Positions 18,742 to 28,415 of a stretch of DNA of 64,000 nt are shown here, piece after piece. Made by a program: the position numbers and the translations under genes. This DNA comes from Candidatus Heimdallarchaeum aukensis (lineage in GTDB: Archaea > Asgardarchaeota > Heimdallarchaeia > Heimdallarchaeales > Heimdallarchaeaceae). Below the pieces are notes generated by a model. That model ran no database searches. It saw nothing but the letters and a program-made list of their open reading frames with translations, and had not been told where the DNA came from. Numbering within the stretch: position 1 is the stretch's first letter; every line of letters starts with the position of its first letter. The stretch is from the NCBI GenBank assembly GCA_021513695.1, contig CP084166.1, positions 224,001 through 288,000 of the forward strand, in the 5' to 3' direction.

Positions 18742-19944
18742 TCAATTATCGATAATATTCAACAAATGACCCAATTTCTCTTGTTTCGCTTTTAAGTAAG
18801 CATAATTTTGTATATTAGGATCCATTCTCAAAGGTATTCTCTGTGCTATTTTTATGTTGTATTTCTCAAGTTTTTTTATTTTATCAGGATTGTTTGTTAA
18901 TATTCTGATCTCGTTTATTCCTAAATCTTTCAAAATATCCGCAGCTATCTTATAATCTCGCAAATCTGCAGGAAAACCTAATTTTAGATTTGCATCGAAA
19001 GTATCATATCCACACTCTTGAAGTTTGTAAGCTTTCAATTTATTTAATAAACCAATTCCTCTTCCTTCTTGTCTTAAATAGAGTAGTACTCCCGTTCCTT
19101 CCTCTGCTATCATTTCCATAGATTTCTCAAGTTGCGAACCACAATCACATTTTAATGATTTTAAAACATCACCTGTAAGACATTCAGAATGTAATCGGAT
19201 CAATATTGACTGATTTTCTTTTATTTCTCCTTTAATTAAAGCAATATGTTCTAATCCATTATACTTGTCGCTATAACCTATAATCTTGAATGTTCCAAAT
19301 TTTGTAGGTATATTTGTTTCTACTACACGTTCAACAAAGCTCTCATTTTTTAATCTATATTCAATCAATGAAGATATTGTTATAATTTTCAATCCATATC
19401 TTTGAGCAAAAGAGAGTAACTCTGGAACTCTTGCCATGTGTCCATCATCTTTTATTATTTCGCAAATAACAGCTGCGGGAAAAGCATTACAGATTTTTGC
19501 TAAATCAACAGATGCTTCTGTATGTCCCTCTCTTTTTAGAACTCCTCCTTCTACAGCAATTAAAGGAAAAATGTGTCCGGGTCGTCTGAAATCTTCTGCT
19601 TTTTTAGTACGGTCTGTAATGTCACGAACAGTTTTTGCACGTTCATAAGCAGAAATTCCTGTAGTACAATCAATACTGTCAATCGATACCGTAAAAGCAG
19701 TTTGGTTGGGATCATTATTCTTTGTAACCATAAGAGACAAGTTTAACTCTCTTGCTCTTTCAGAAGTAATGGGCACACAGACCAACCCTCGAGCAAAACG
19801 GATCATAAAATTAATTGTATCTGGTGTGATTCTATCGGCTAAAGCTACAAGATCTCCCTCATTCTCTCTCTCTTCATTATCAATTACAATGATACATTTT
19901 CCTTCTTTTAAATCTTTTATGGCTTCTTCTATTGAATTAAACAT
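18742..19944 (-). CDS. ribBA: bifunctional 3,4-dihydroxy-2-butanone-4-phosphate synthase / GTP cyclohydrolase II
   Basis: 400 aa. The N-terminal half is DHBPS-like ([13 protein letters not shown]). The C-terminal half is GCH II-like ([20 protein letters not shown]). Confidence 0.95.
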   Translation of the reverse strand: MFNSIEEAIKDLKEGKCIIVIDNEERENEGDLVALADRITPDTINFMIRFARGLVCVPITSERARELNLSLMVTKNNDPNQTAFTVSIDSIDCTTGISAYERAKTVRDITDRTKKAEDFRRPGHIFPLIAVEGGVLKREGHTEASVDLAKICNAFPAAVICEIIKDDGHMARVPELLSFAQRYGLKIITISSLIEYRLKNESFVERVVETNIPTKFGTFKIIGYSDKYNGLEHIALIKGEIKENQSILIRLHSECLTGDVLKSLKCDCGSQLEKSMEMIAEEGTGVLLYLRQEGRGIGLLNKLKAYKLQECGYDTFDANLKLGFPADLRDYKIAADILKDLGINEIRILTNNPDKIKKLEKYNIKIAQRIPLRMDPNIQNYAYLKAKQEKLGHLLNIIDN

Positions 19945-19954
19945 TTAACCACTC

Positions 19955-20611
19955 CTAAAAACTATGTTCAAACAAAAATTCTTTTGAAAGAATGATTGAT
20001 TGCCTTTTCTCCTCATTGAACTTTTGCAGCAAATGTTCAACATATTTTGATAATATGTCGCACTCGATATTAACTACAGAACCTATCGAATATTTTCTCA
20101 TGATAGTATTTTCCAAAGTATGAGGAATAATAGAGACAGTAAAGCTACTAGAATTTTTATAGACACCGACAACAGTCAAACTTACACCATCAATAGCAAT
20201 CGAACCCTTTGGAACAATATAATTTAGAAGAAATGAACGAGTTTTTATTCTAAAAATTATTGAATTTTGTTTTGTTTCTTTCTTAACTATTTCTCCCATG
20301 GCATCAACATGCCCTTGTACAAAGTGGCCGTTTAATCGATCTTGTAACTTCAAAGCTCTCTCAAGATTAACAAATGAACCTCTCTGAAGAAATTTTAGAT
20401 TTGTTCGTTCTAATGTTTCTGGCATCATATCAGCTGTAAAGGCTGTACTAGTAAAACCAGTAACTGTTAAACATACTCCATTAACAGAAATACTTTCTCC
20501 AATACGTATATCTTGTAAAACTGTTCTAGCCTTTATCTCAATTTTACACTGGCTTCTTGACCTATTTAGATGATTAACTAAACCTATTTCTTCAATAATT
20601 CCTGTAAACAT
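19955..20611 (-). CDS. ribE: riboflavin synthase alpha chain (bacterial/eukaryotic type)
   Basis: MFTGIIEEIG start, duplicated lumazine-binding halves, 218 aa. Confidence 0.9.
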   Translation of the reverse strand: MFTGIIEEIGLVNHLNRSRSQCKIEIKARTVLQDIRIGESISVNGVCLTVTGFTSTAFTADMMPETLERTNLKFLQRGSFVNLERALKLQDRLNGHFVQGHVDAMGEIVKKETKQNSIIFRIKTRSFLLNYIVPKGSIAIDGVSLTVVGVYKNSSSFTVSIIPHTLENTIMRKYSIGSVVNIECDILSKYVEHLLQKFNEEKRQSIILSKEFLFEHSF

Positions 20612-20994
20612 TGGTTCGACCTACATTGTTCCATTTGTGTGAAATTACGGTAATTTGAATTTAGGAACTCTAATTGAATTAAAAACCTACTCATATATTA
20701 ACATTGTTACTCATATACTGGTAATTGCTCTATAGAGAAAACAAAGAAAAGAGTATTTTAAACGTAATTCTTTGTTATTATTCAAAAATAGGAGTACAAA
20801 ACTGTCAAAATATATAAAATACTAAACAAATTATTTTGATAAATCTGTTTTAAAATTAATTAAAAAACTTTCAAATAAAGAATAAGACCCTCAACAACCT
20901 TCTATGGCTTTACTTTTTAGTTTTGTTTTTTTATATCTGTTCTAAAAAGATGCCTTTTTGTAACAACCTCTTTCTTATTTATTACCCCCTTTAT

Positions 20995-21029
20995 TTCGAG
21001 TGGAAAGACCTTTTTTTCGAGTGGAAAAA
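20995..21029 (+). repeat. short direct repeat TTCGAGTGGAAA x2 with 21-bp period
   Basis: ttcgagtggaaaga at 20995 and ttcgagtggaaaaa at 21016. Both lie in the 550-bp ORF-free region upstream of ribE. Confidence 0.5.
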
Positions 21030-21163
21030 ATGATAGATAAAAGATTGGAATCATTAAAGTAGGACGTTGTAATAGGTCTGAAAATTTATTTAAAATGTAA
21101 TAATTTGAAAACTTAATTTCATTACTTTCTGGTAATAAGTATTAAATGAGGAAAAAGTAGAAA

Positions 21164-21802
21164 TTAAATTCCACTAGATATTAAGATATAGTGCAAAGCT
21201 GCTCCTATTATTATGAAGATATGGAAAAATTCATGTCCTTCAATTACTCCAGGAATGAGAATAGGCTTTTTGTAATAGCTCATTATCGCACCGACAGTGT
21301 AAGCAATTCCCCCTAAAAATAAAAACATAATCTTAACAAATCCTAGATTATTTAACATGTAAGGTAGAGCAAGGACTGCTAACCAACCCATTATTATGTA
21401 CATAGTTGTATCCCATATATTTTTTTTCTTTATTTTTTTAGACAACTTGAGATAAACGCCTGCTATAGCTACAATCCACTCTATAATAATCATGGGGATA
21501 TAGTATAATTTGGGAAGGAAAAGATAAGAAATAATGGTATAAGAGCCTGCAATCATTAGGTAAATAGCTGCATGATCTATTTTTCTTGCCAACAATTTCT
21601 CGTAATTATCACCCTTTTGGGAGTGATATATGGCACTAGCACTAAACATTGCTAACATACAGATTGAATAAAGAAGAGCAATAAAGAATACTCTTAAATC
21701 ACTAAAACTGTTAATAAGAAGAAAAACTGAACCAATTAAAGCTAAAACAGCTCCTAATGCATGACTAATAGTGTTAAAGGTTTCTTGTTTATTGTAGAAC
21801 AT
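21164..21802 (-). CDS. hemolysin III / PAQR family membrane protein
   Basis: Seven TM segments. Motifs SAIYHS, DHAAIYLMIAGSYT and HEFFHIFIIIGAALHY. Confidence 0.85.
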   Translation of the reverse strand: MFYNKQETFNTISHALGAVLALIGSVFLLINSFSDLRVFFIALLYSICMLAMFSASAIYHSQKGDNYEKLLARKIDHAAIYLMIAGSYTIISYLFLPKLYYIPMIIIEWIVAIAGVYLKLSKKIKKKNIWDTTMYIIMGWLAVLALPYMLNNLGFVKIMFLFLGGIAYTVGAIMSYYKKPILIPGVIEGHEFFHIFIIIGAALHYILISSGI

Positions 21803-21916
21803 AAGTAATGGTTTTCTAACTTGTATTTATTTATTTTCAAACAAAATTTTGTTAACCTAATTTTTGGAAAAAAGAAAGACTAATTAAGACAATGAATCTT
21901 TCGAAGTTAGACAAAG

Positions 21917-22798
21917 ATGGTTAGACGACCAAAAAAAGAATACTGGCTTGAAGAAGAAGCAGAAAAAATGATTTTAGAACTAGAAAATGGAGCAAAGTTA
22001 AGAATACTTTATTTTAAAGCAAAAAATAAAAGCAAAGAGACTTTAAATTTAGTGTTCTATTCTGGTTTTATTTCTTATGTTTATATCTGGGAAAAAGCTA
22101 TAGAAAAACTCCGAGAAAAGCATGATATTTACTTTATAGAAACAAGAGAAAAAGAATTTTCACGCTTTCCTAAAGATGAAGTAGTATATAACACAGAAAC
22201 TTTAGCTGAAGATTTCGTTTTGGTTCTTAAAGAATGTAAAATAATAGGGCATGATTTAGAAAATACTGTATTTATAGGTTCTTCAATAGCTTCTGTAGCT
22301 ATGCTTGAAGCAATGGGAAAATATGACATTAATCCTCTGATATCTTTCCACTCTTCTCCTCAAATGAAATATACAGCAGCTGACAGAAGAAAAAATATGC
22401 ATATAGTAGGAAGAATACCCTATTTTATTGTTCTTCTCATTAAACCACTGATTTTCTTCTTTTATGGTTTGAAATTTAGAAAGGATAGAGATTCTGCAAG
22501 AAGAAGAAAACATACATTAGCCAGATTGCTGCAACCTTCTCAACAAAAATGGATGAGAAAAGCTAAAACATTTGCAGCACCATATGAAGTAGATAAAGAA
22601 GCTCTAAAAAAGATTAAGTCCCCAGTAATAATAATTGGTGCAAAAGAAGATCCAGAACACGATGAAGAAGAAGTACAAAAACTAATAAATCTTATTCCTA
22701 GGAGCAAGTTCAGAAAAGTTAAAGAAAAAGCAGATACTCACAACGAAGTCTTAGCTGAGATAGTTTTTGAAGAATTAAGCAAATTAAGGAAAAAGTGA
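21917..22798 (+). CDS. alpha/beta hydrolase (paralog of 17154..18062)
   Basis: FIGSSIAS elbow and IKSPVIIIGAKEDPEHD. Same architecture as 17154..18062, in inverted orientation. Confidence 0.6.
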   Translation: MVRRPKKEYWLEEEAEKMILELENGAKLRILYFKAKNKSKETLNLVFYSGFISYVYIWEKAIEKLREKHDIYFIETREKEFSRFPKDEVVYNTETLAEDFVLVLKECKIIGHDLENTVFIGSSIASVAMLEAMGKYDINPLISFHSSPQMKYTAADRRKNMHIVGRIPYFIVLLIKPLIFFFYGLKFRKDRDSARRRKHTLARLLQPSQQKWMRKAKTFAAPYEVDKEALKKIKSPVIIIGAKEDPEHDEEEVQKLINLIPRSKFRKVKEKADTHNEVLAEIVFEELSKLRKK

Positions 22799-22931
22799 AA
22801 AAAAGAACTTTGCCCTAAATAATCAGAATAGTGTTTAGGAAATGATTCACTTTATTTTTAGACAAATCTCGCAAATATTTTTATAATAGTCAATTTTTTT
22901 TTAAGATATAACTCTTAAAGGCGAATTTTGT

Positions 22932-23565
22932 TTGAATATGCGAGAAAATGAAGAAATAGAAATTAAAGGAAAAAGTAAAATTAGAAGAATAGCATCTCTT
23001 GATTTTCAAAGAGGATTGGCAATTTGGATGATGGTTTTTTTACACGTCTGGAATCATATTTACGACTTTAGTTGGATAGATTTAGGAACAATATTTCAAG
23101 AAGCAAACTTTCTTTTTGGAATTTGGGTAATTTTCTGTGGATTTTTCGGCGGGTGGGCTGGATATTTCCTTTAATTTCTTCAACAGTTAACGCTTTAGCT
23201 TCTGTGAAAAAAGTAAGAAAAAGTGGAAGTGCTGAAAGAGTTTTAGCAAAGCAAATTCTTACAGGAATAGGGGTTCTTATAGCTGGAAGATTGACAGAAG
23301 CTTTTGGATACTACGGTTATTTTGAAGAGTCTTTAGGTCAGGAAAATCACTTTTTTCGATAGAAACTTGGACCGATACACACTACTACTCTTTTATTTGG
23401 AGAAGAATCTTTATGGTTGAAGCTCTTCAGATTATTGGCTGGGCTATGATAATTAACGCTGTTATTCAATTTTTCTTGATCAAGAATGGAGGAGCAGAAA
23501 AAACGGTAAGAAACTTGATGATTTATGCTTCTTTAGTTGTTCTTGTTGCTACTCCTTTCATATGA
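22932..23565 (+). pseudogene. frameshifted and 3'-truncated DUF1624/HGSNAT-like membrane acyltransferase gene
   Basis: Three consecutive fragments sit in different frames. The first is 22932..23174 (RIASLDFQRGLAIWMMVFLH). The second is 23072..23362. The third is 23413..23565 (MVEALQIIGWAMIINAV..). The total is far shorter than typical family members. Confidence 0.6.
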
Positions 23566-23590
23566 GTTGAAATTTTACTTAATTTCTTCA

Positions 23591-23760
23591 GGACTCTACC
23601 CAACCAGTCAACAAACATATCGAAAGTTGTGAGGACTGGGTTAAGAGAACATGAAAGACACAGTCTTAAGTGAGTTCTCTAAAGGGTTCATCTCCTGATC
23701 CCGGGCACTCATCACTCCCACATGGAAGACCGGGTGTCGTAGGAATGAAACCTACGTCTT
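23591..23760. other. GC-rich structured island (candidate ncRNA or mobile-element scar)
   Basis: Local GC is clearly above the flanks. A nested hairpin spans 23645-23679 (gagaac/gttctc enclosing aagac-aca-gtctt, with AUGA / AAGUGA internal loops). A second hairpin spans 23738-23756 (cgtagg-aatgaaa-cctacg). There is no convincing ORF. Confidence 0.25.
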
Positions 23761-24043
23761 TAAGCATATAGATCAAAACACTAGATAAATGAGAATTGAA
23801 TATATAAAGACTGCAGAAAAGTTGTGACACTTCCCAATATCGTGTATTCTTTATTAATCCAAATGTGCTTCTGGTTGTTCTTGGTCTAATAACTCCACAA
23901 ACTAAAAATTTAGTTCTTTACGTAAAAAAGTATTTCATCAAAACTAAACTTCAGAGAGATGCTAAAATAATGTGGAATGGTTAAATTATAAAGAACTTTC
24001 CAGATCCTAACTCTTTTTTTCTTTTAAAAAAATGAGAAAAAGA

Positions 24044-24856
24044 TTACTCTTTAACTGCTTTTAAGGCAAATAAAAGAGGAAAATCAATTTTTTCATCTTT
24101 GAAGTACCAATATCTGTCTTCATGTTGTACTAAAAAAGGAAATTGCTTAAATTCACTAAACGGATATTCGTTAAACAATTCAATTTTTAGTCCTTCTTTT
24201 ATCAAAGAATTGAGGATTTCACTTATAGTATGCATCCACTCGTAAGTCTTTAAATGTTCGATTTTTTTATCAGAATCAGTGTAAGTGTATTCAGAATCAA
24301 ATTCCATTGCTTCTTTTGAGAAATAACTGTATCTAATTTTTAGTTCTTTTTCATTTTCATCATCAAAGACATGTGAGAGAGGGTGCGATTCTACAATTAG
24401 AAAATTTCCACCTTTTCTTAAAAATTTGGAAATTATTTCTGCCCATTTTCTTATGTCAGGTAACCAAGGTAGAACACCATAAGTAGTGAAAACAATATCA
24501 AACTTTTCTTTTAGAAGCTTATCAAGATCATAAATGTTTGCACAAATAAATTTAGCACGAACATTAATTTGTTCACTTAATTTTTTGGCAAAGGTAATAG
24601 CTTTTTCAGAAAAGTCTACTCCAGTCACTTGAGCTCCCATTCTAGCTAAAGAAAGGGTATCCATTCCAAAGTGACATTGTAAATGGAGTATTTTTTTTCC
24701 TTTTATATTTCCAAGCAGTTCAAGCTCAACTGAGTGTAAAGAGTTTTTTCCTTTTAGAAAACCCTCTAAATCATAGCTTTTTGATTTTGAATGAATCTCA
24801 ACAAGTTCATCCCATCGCTTTTTATTTGTTTCCATAAATTCTTTGTTGCTATCCAT
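24044..24856 (-). CDS. class I SAM-dependent methyltransferase
   Basis: Motif I region ILHLQCHFGMDTLSLARMGAQVTGVDFS. 270 aa. Confidence 0.8.
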   Translation of the reverse strand: MDSNKEFMETNKKRWDELVEIHSKSKSYDLEGFLKGKNSLHSVELELLGNIKGKKILHLQCHFGMDTLSLARMGAQVTGVDFSEKAITFAKKLSEQINVRAKFICANIYDLDKLLKEKFDIVFTTYGVLPWLPDIRKWAEIISKFLRKGGNFLIVESHPLSHVFDDENEKELKIRYSYFSKEAMEFDSEYTYTDSDKKIEHLKTYEWMHTISEILNSLIKEGLKIELFNEYPFSEFKQFPFLVQHEDRYWYFKDEKIDFPLLFALKAVKE

Positions 24857-24967
24857 TATGGAAAACTGAAAAGTTAGCTAATAAGAATTTCTATATATTA
24901 TCTTTTACAATATTTTAAATAGAAGTTTTTTCTAAATAGGCAAAAAGCAAATACCTACGAAGAGTAG

Positions 24968-26365
24968 ATGATCTTGAATTTTAGAAAAATATCTATCAAA
25001 GAAAATTTATTGAAAATGGTTATTCCTTTAGTACTATTCATCATTTCAATTACTGTTCGTTTACTCCTCAGAAAATGGTTTTATGCAAATTATGATGTAA
25101 CACATTATATTTCTGAAGAAGGATACTATTGGGAAACATATTTAGACGCAGATACTTACTATCAGTACTACCTTTACGCTTTTAAGCATGAAAATTGGTT
25201 AATTTACGATCCTTCCAGTCCATATCCTCTCTCAGGATATGTTTATGGCCCTTTATTCGTATACTTTTTGACTATACTATCTTATTTTGTAGGTATATTT
25301 TTTCCTAACTCCACAAAACTTGAAATAGCTTGGAAAACAGTGATTTTTGCCCCTCAATTGTTTGACTCTCTATCAACAGTTGTTATTTATTATATTATTA
25401 AAGCAATGGCAAAAGAGATATCAGAAGAAAAAGTAAAAAGCAAAGTAAGAACAGAAATAATAGCTATTTCTACTTCCATCATTTTCATTTTTATGCCTGT
25501 AGTTTTATTCTACAATAATTTTCTTTATCTTAATTCTTATATGTATACCTTCTATGCGTTACTAGCTTTCTTATTTCTGATAAAAGAAAAGTTTGATCTT
25601 TCTGCATTTTGGTTAGCTATCTCGATAATGACAAAGCAATTATCTCTTTTTCTTCTCCCACTGTGGTTTTTGTATATTTTTAGAATAGATAAGAAAAAAG
25701 CGCTGAGATATGGGATTTTAACTTTCTTACTAGGTTCACTTCTTTCTCTTCCTTGGATAGTTCTTTTTCCTGAAAGCTTTTTGGTAAGAATGTTTTTTCA
25801 AGGTACTCCTAAACTCACTTCTTTCTCTATTGAATATAGATGGATTTTATGGTCAACAACTCCTTTCCATGCTTTCCTGTATTGGGGCTGGGATAAAGCT
25901 GCTTTGTTTTACTTTAAACTGAATCAGAAATATATTCCTTTTATAATATTCAATGTTTTGAGCTATTTCTGGATTATTTTAACAGGAAAAAAACTCAACG
26001 AAAATAAAAGTAATTTATTAACATCTCAAGCTCTTTTTGCTCTAGGGATGCACATTTTTCTGTCTAGAGGATGTTACAAATATTATGACGCATTTTTTAT
26101 TCCTTTTGTAATTCTTGCTTTAGGAGGAAAAACATTATCAATAAAGAGAGATTGGTTAAAAATCCTATATCTAAGTTCCTTTAGCATATGGATTTTCTTC
26201 TTAAATTTGTGGATAGTAATTAAAATTAAGTGGTTACATCAATTTTATGTTTTCTTGATATTTCTGACGGTATTATTGTTAATTGATGAAGATCTATTTC
26301 TTTACTTATTTAAGAAAGAAGCTTACTCCTCAATTATCAAAGAAATAGATTTTAGAAGAAAATAG
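24968..26365 (+). CDS. polytopic membrane protein, GT-C-like glycosyltransferase candidate
   Basis: 465 aa with at least 10 hydrophobic segments and aromatic-rich loops, resembling PMT_2/DUF2029-type enzymes. No catalytic motif was verified. Confidence 0.45.
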   Translation: MILNFRKISIKENLLKMVIPLVLFIISITVRLLLRKWFYANYDVTHYISEEGYYWETYLDADTYYQYYLYAFKHENWLIYDPSSPYPLSGYVYGPLFVYFLTILSYFVGIFFPNSTKLEIAWKTVIFAPQLFDSLSTVVIYYIIKAMAKEISEEKVKSKVRTEIIAISTSIIFIFMPVVLFYNNFLYLNSYMYTFYALLAFLFLIKEKFDLSAFWLAISIMTKQLSLFLLPLWFLYIFRIDKKKALRYGILTFLLGSLLSLPWIVLFPESFLVRMFFQGTPKLTSFSIEYRWILWSTTPFHAFLYWGWDKAALFYFKLNQKYIPFIIFNVLSYFWIILTGKKLNENKSNLLTSQALFALGMHIFLSRGCYKYYDAFFIPFVILALGGKTLSIKRDWLKILYLSSFSIWIFFLNLWIVIKIKWLHQFYVFLIFLTVLLLIDEDLFLYLFKKEAYSSIIKEIDFRRK

Positions 26366-26482
26366 ACTTATCACTTATATTTCTATTATTATGTATGTTC
26401 TTGGAAATTTTTAAGATTAATTATTGATTTGTTGTTAGTGTTAAAACAAAAAAGAAATAAAAAGATAGTTTGTGCTCTTACA

Positions 26483-27424
26483 ATGACCTCTCTACGCGAA
26501 ATTATCAAACCAAACAAAAAGTTCAATCTAATCAATTTAGATGAAAAAAAAACTGTAGAATTTTGGATTATTTGCTTAGTTGTTGTTATAGATTTGATTT
26601 TTTCAGTTATCATAAATTTGGTTATTTATCGCTTTGGAATATTTAATTGGATTTACGATATAACAGGTTTTGTAACGCCAACAATGCTTGCTTATACAAT
26701 ATTATATTTAGTTATTATAGGTTTATTAATAATTTATTTAGGAAAGCTAAAACCTAAAGATTTAGGATTTTCAACTAGCAAACTTTGGCAAGGTGTTTTA
26801 ATTGTGTTTGTTGGTTGGTTCATTATTCAAATTGCAGGTGTAATTTATTCACTAATTATAAGTGGGACATTAACAATTGATAGTTATATGGTTCAATCTT
26901 CTGCAAAGTTAATAATTATAAAAAACGTTGTTCAATGGTTTTTTAATGCACCATTTGAAGAATTTTTATTTAGAGAATTTTTACTTACACAACTATATTT
27001 ACAGTTCAAAAATAGATTAATTGATGATCCTAAATCGGTTAAGAAGTCTCTAACTCGTTCTTTGATAATATCACAACTAATATTCTCGTTTATGCATATT
27101 CCAAATCGTATTCTATGGGTAGTGAGTTCAGAAAGTTATACTGTAAAAGAAATAATCTGGGCAGCGGTTAATCCTCTTCAATACGGAGTTTTGTTCCTAA
27201 TAGGATTAACATTTGCCATGTTGTATCACAGGACTGATAATATTTTCATTGTTATAGGAATACATGCACTTTTTAATGAACCTAACTCTTTGTTCTTTCC
27301 TAAATGGATAGGTTCAATCTTAATTTATGTTCTTGCAATAATTATAATCCTTTTCTATCCGTTTTTCTTGAGTAAATACTCTAAAGAAAAAGAAATAATT
27401 ATTGAAAAAGATAAAATCCCTTAA
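26483..27424 (+). CDS. CPBP family intramembrane glutamic endopeptidase (CAAX protease/Abi family)
   Basis: FEEFLFREFL (EExxxR), FSFMHIPN (FxxxH) and IHALFNE (HxxxN). The ATG at 26483 is preferred over the track's TTG at 26429. Confidence 0.8.
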   Translation: MTSLREIIKPNKKFNLINLDEKKTVEFWIICLVVVIDLIFSVIINLVIYRFGIFNWIYDITGFVTPTMLAYTILYLVIIGLLIIYLGKLKPKDLGFSTSKLWQGVLIVFVGWFIIQIAGVIYSLIISGTLTIDSYMVQSSAKLIIIKNVVQWFFNAPFEEFLFREFLLTQLYLQFKNRLIDDPKSVKKSLTRSLIISQLIFSFMHIPNRILWVVSSESYTVKEIIWAAVNPLQYGVLFLIGLTFAMLYHRTDNIFIVIGIHALFNEPNSLFFPKWIGSILIYVLAIIIILFYPFFLSKYSKEKEIIIEKDKIP

Positions 27425-27509
27425 GCTTTTTCATTTTTCATCATATATTTTAGTCGTTTGCTAAACAATTGCTTCGTTTCGCTTTATATTTAAACGTAAA
27501 AGTTTTTTA

Positions 27510-28337
27510 ATGCAAAATAAAAAGCAATTTATGAAAAATCTTTCTTCAATTGAAGACATTGAAGATGAGTATGTAAGAATCCGTCTTCAAGAATTAGCTA
27601 AAGAAGATTATGTACTAGGAATTCAGATAAATGGTAGCAGAGCAACAGGTTTTGCTCGACCAAACGCTGATTGGGATGGTTTTTTGTATGTCACAGAGGA
27701 ATATTACAGTTCATTGTCTCTTAGAGAAATTCATATTTTAGAATTTGATGAAACAGTTGAACCAAAAAGATTACTTTTTGATTTTCTCCTAATTACAGAC
27801 AAATGGATGGGAGAAAGGTTAAACTCTCCTCAAGATGTAGAGCACTATGCATTTGTTGAAGGTAAAATAATTTATGATCCTACTGGAAAACTCAAAGCAT
27901 GGACAAAAAAAATAGCTCAATATCCTGAAGAAGAGCATGAAATTAGACTAAAAGCAAAATATATGCTGTGGAGAGAATCATTAGGTTTTGGACTAATAAA
28001 TGATAAACGGGGATTTGAAACAAATAAGAATGTTAATTTGCATAGAGCAGTTCTTGCTGCTGTTCATTTATGGTTTACAATTCGAAAAAGTTGGACTCCT
28101 CCTTTGAAGTGGTGGAGTTTTCATGCAAAGAAAATGGGTATGGATAATAATACTTACAAACTTTTTGAAAAAATAATTAATAATCCTGACTTAGAAGATA
28201 TGAAAAAGATAGATGCAAAGTTCAAGGAAATGATTAAGGAAAGTGGATTTGATTTTGTAGATAATATGTATGACGTTTATATGGAATATTATAGAGCAAA
28301 TCGCGATGAAGCTTTCCATAGACACATGTTCTTGTAA
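27510..28337 (+). CDS. minimal nucleotidyltransferase-fold protein with helical C-terminal domain
   Basis: NGSRATGFARPNADWDGF fits hG[GS]-x10-DxD. The helical C-terminus ends ..RANRDEAFHRHMFL. Confidence 0.55.
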   Translation: MQNKKQFMKNLSSIEDIEDEYVRIRLQELAKEDYVLGIQINGSRATGFARPNADWDGFLYVTEEYYSSLSLREIHILEFDETVEPKRLLFDFLLITDKWMGERLNSPQDVEHYAFVEGKIIYDPTGKLKAWTKKIAQYPEEEHEIRLKAKYMLWRESLGFGLINDKRGFETNKNVNLHRAVLAAVHLWFTIRKSWTPPLKWWSFHAKKMGMDNNTYKLFEKIINNPDLEDMKKIDAKFKEMIKESGFDFVDNMYDVYMEYYRANRDEAFHRHMFL

Positions 28338-28415
28338 TTTTTTTGTAAAAAAATTAAAAAGCGAATAGAGTATCTTCTATCTAGAATGTTTTTTTCCTTT
28401 GTTCTAAACTGAATA

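Noticed and set aside
20612-21163. Possible FMN (RFN) riboswitch in the 550-bp ORF-free leader upstream of the bacterial-type ribE-ribBA-ribH operon
   Set aside because: I read the minus strand and found none of the conserved RFN segments as I remember them, such as GGTGAAATTCC, ACCGGCGGT or GGATGGGAGA-like blocks. Only a short direct repeat (TTCGAGTGGAAA x2) is present. An Infernal scan would settle it.
23700-23760. tRNA fragment or C/D-box sRNA in the GC-rich island. The stem-loop cgtagg-aatgaaa-cctacg was considered as an anticodon arm, and GTGATGA on the minus strand as a C box.
   Set aside because: The 7-nt loop does not fit the U33/purine-37 pattern on either strand. No acceptor or T-arm could be built. 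No CTGA D box lies at an appropriate distance from the putative C box.
23918-23934. The 17-mer ctttacgtaaaaaagta is shared between 23918-23934 (+) and 33751-33767 (-), the latter at the distal end of the TnpB tail. This could have linked the GC-rich island at 23.6 kb to a TnpB-type element end.
   Set aside because: At this base composition I estimate that a few exact 17-mer matches are expected by chance in a 64-kb window. The surrounding sequences do not align, and the distance to the GC-rich part differs (about 150 nt versus about 35 nt).
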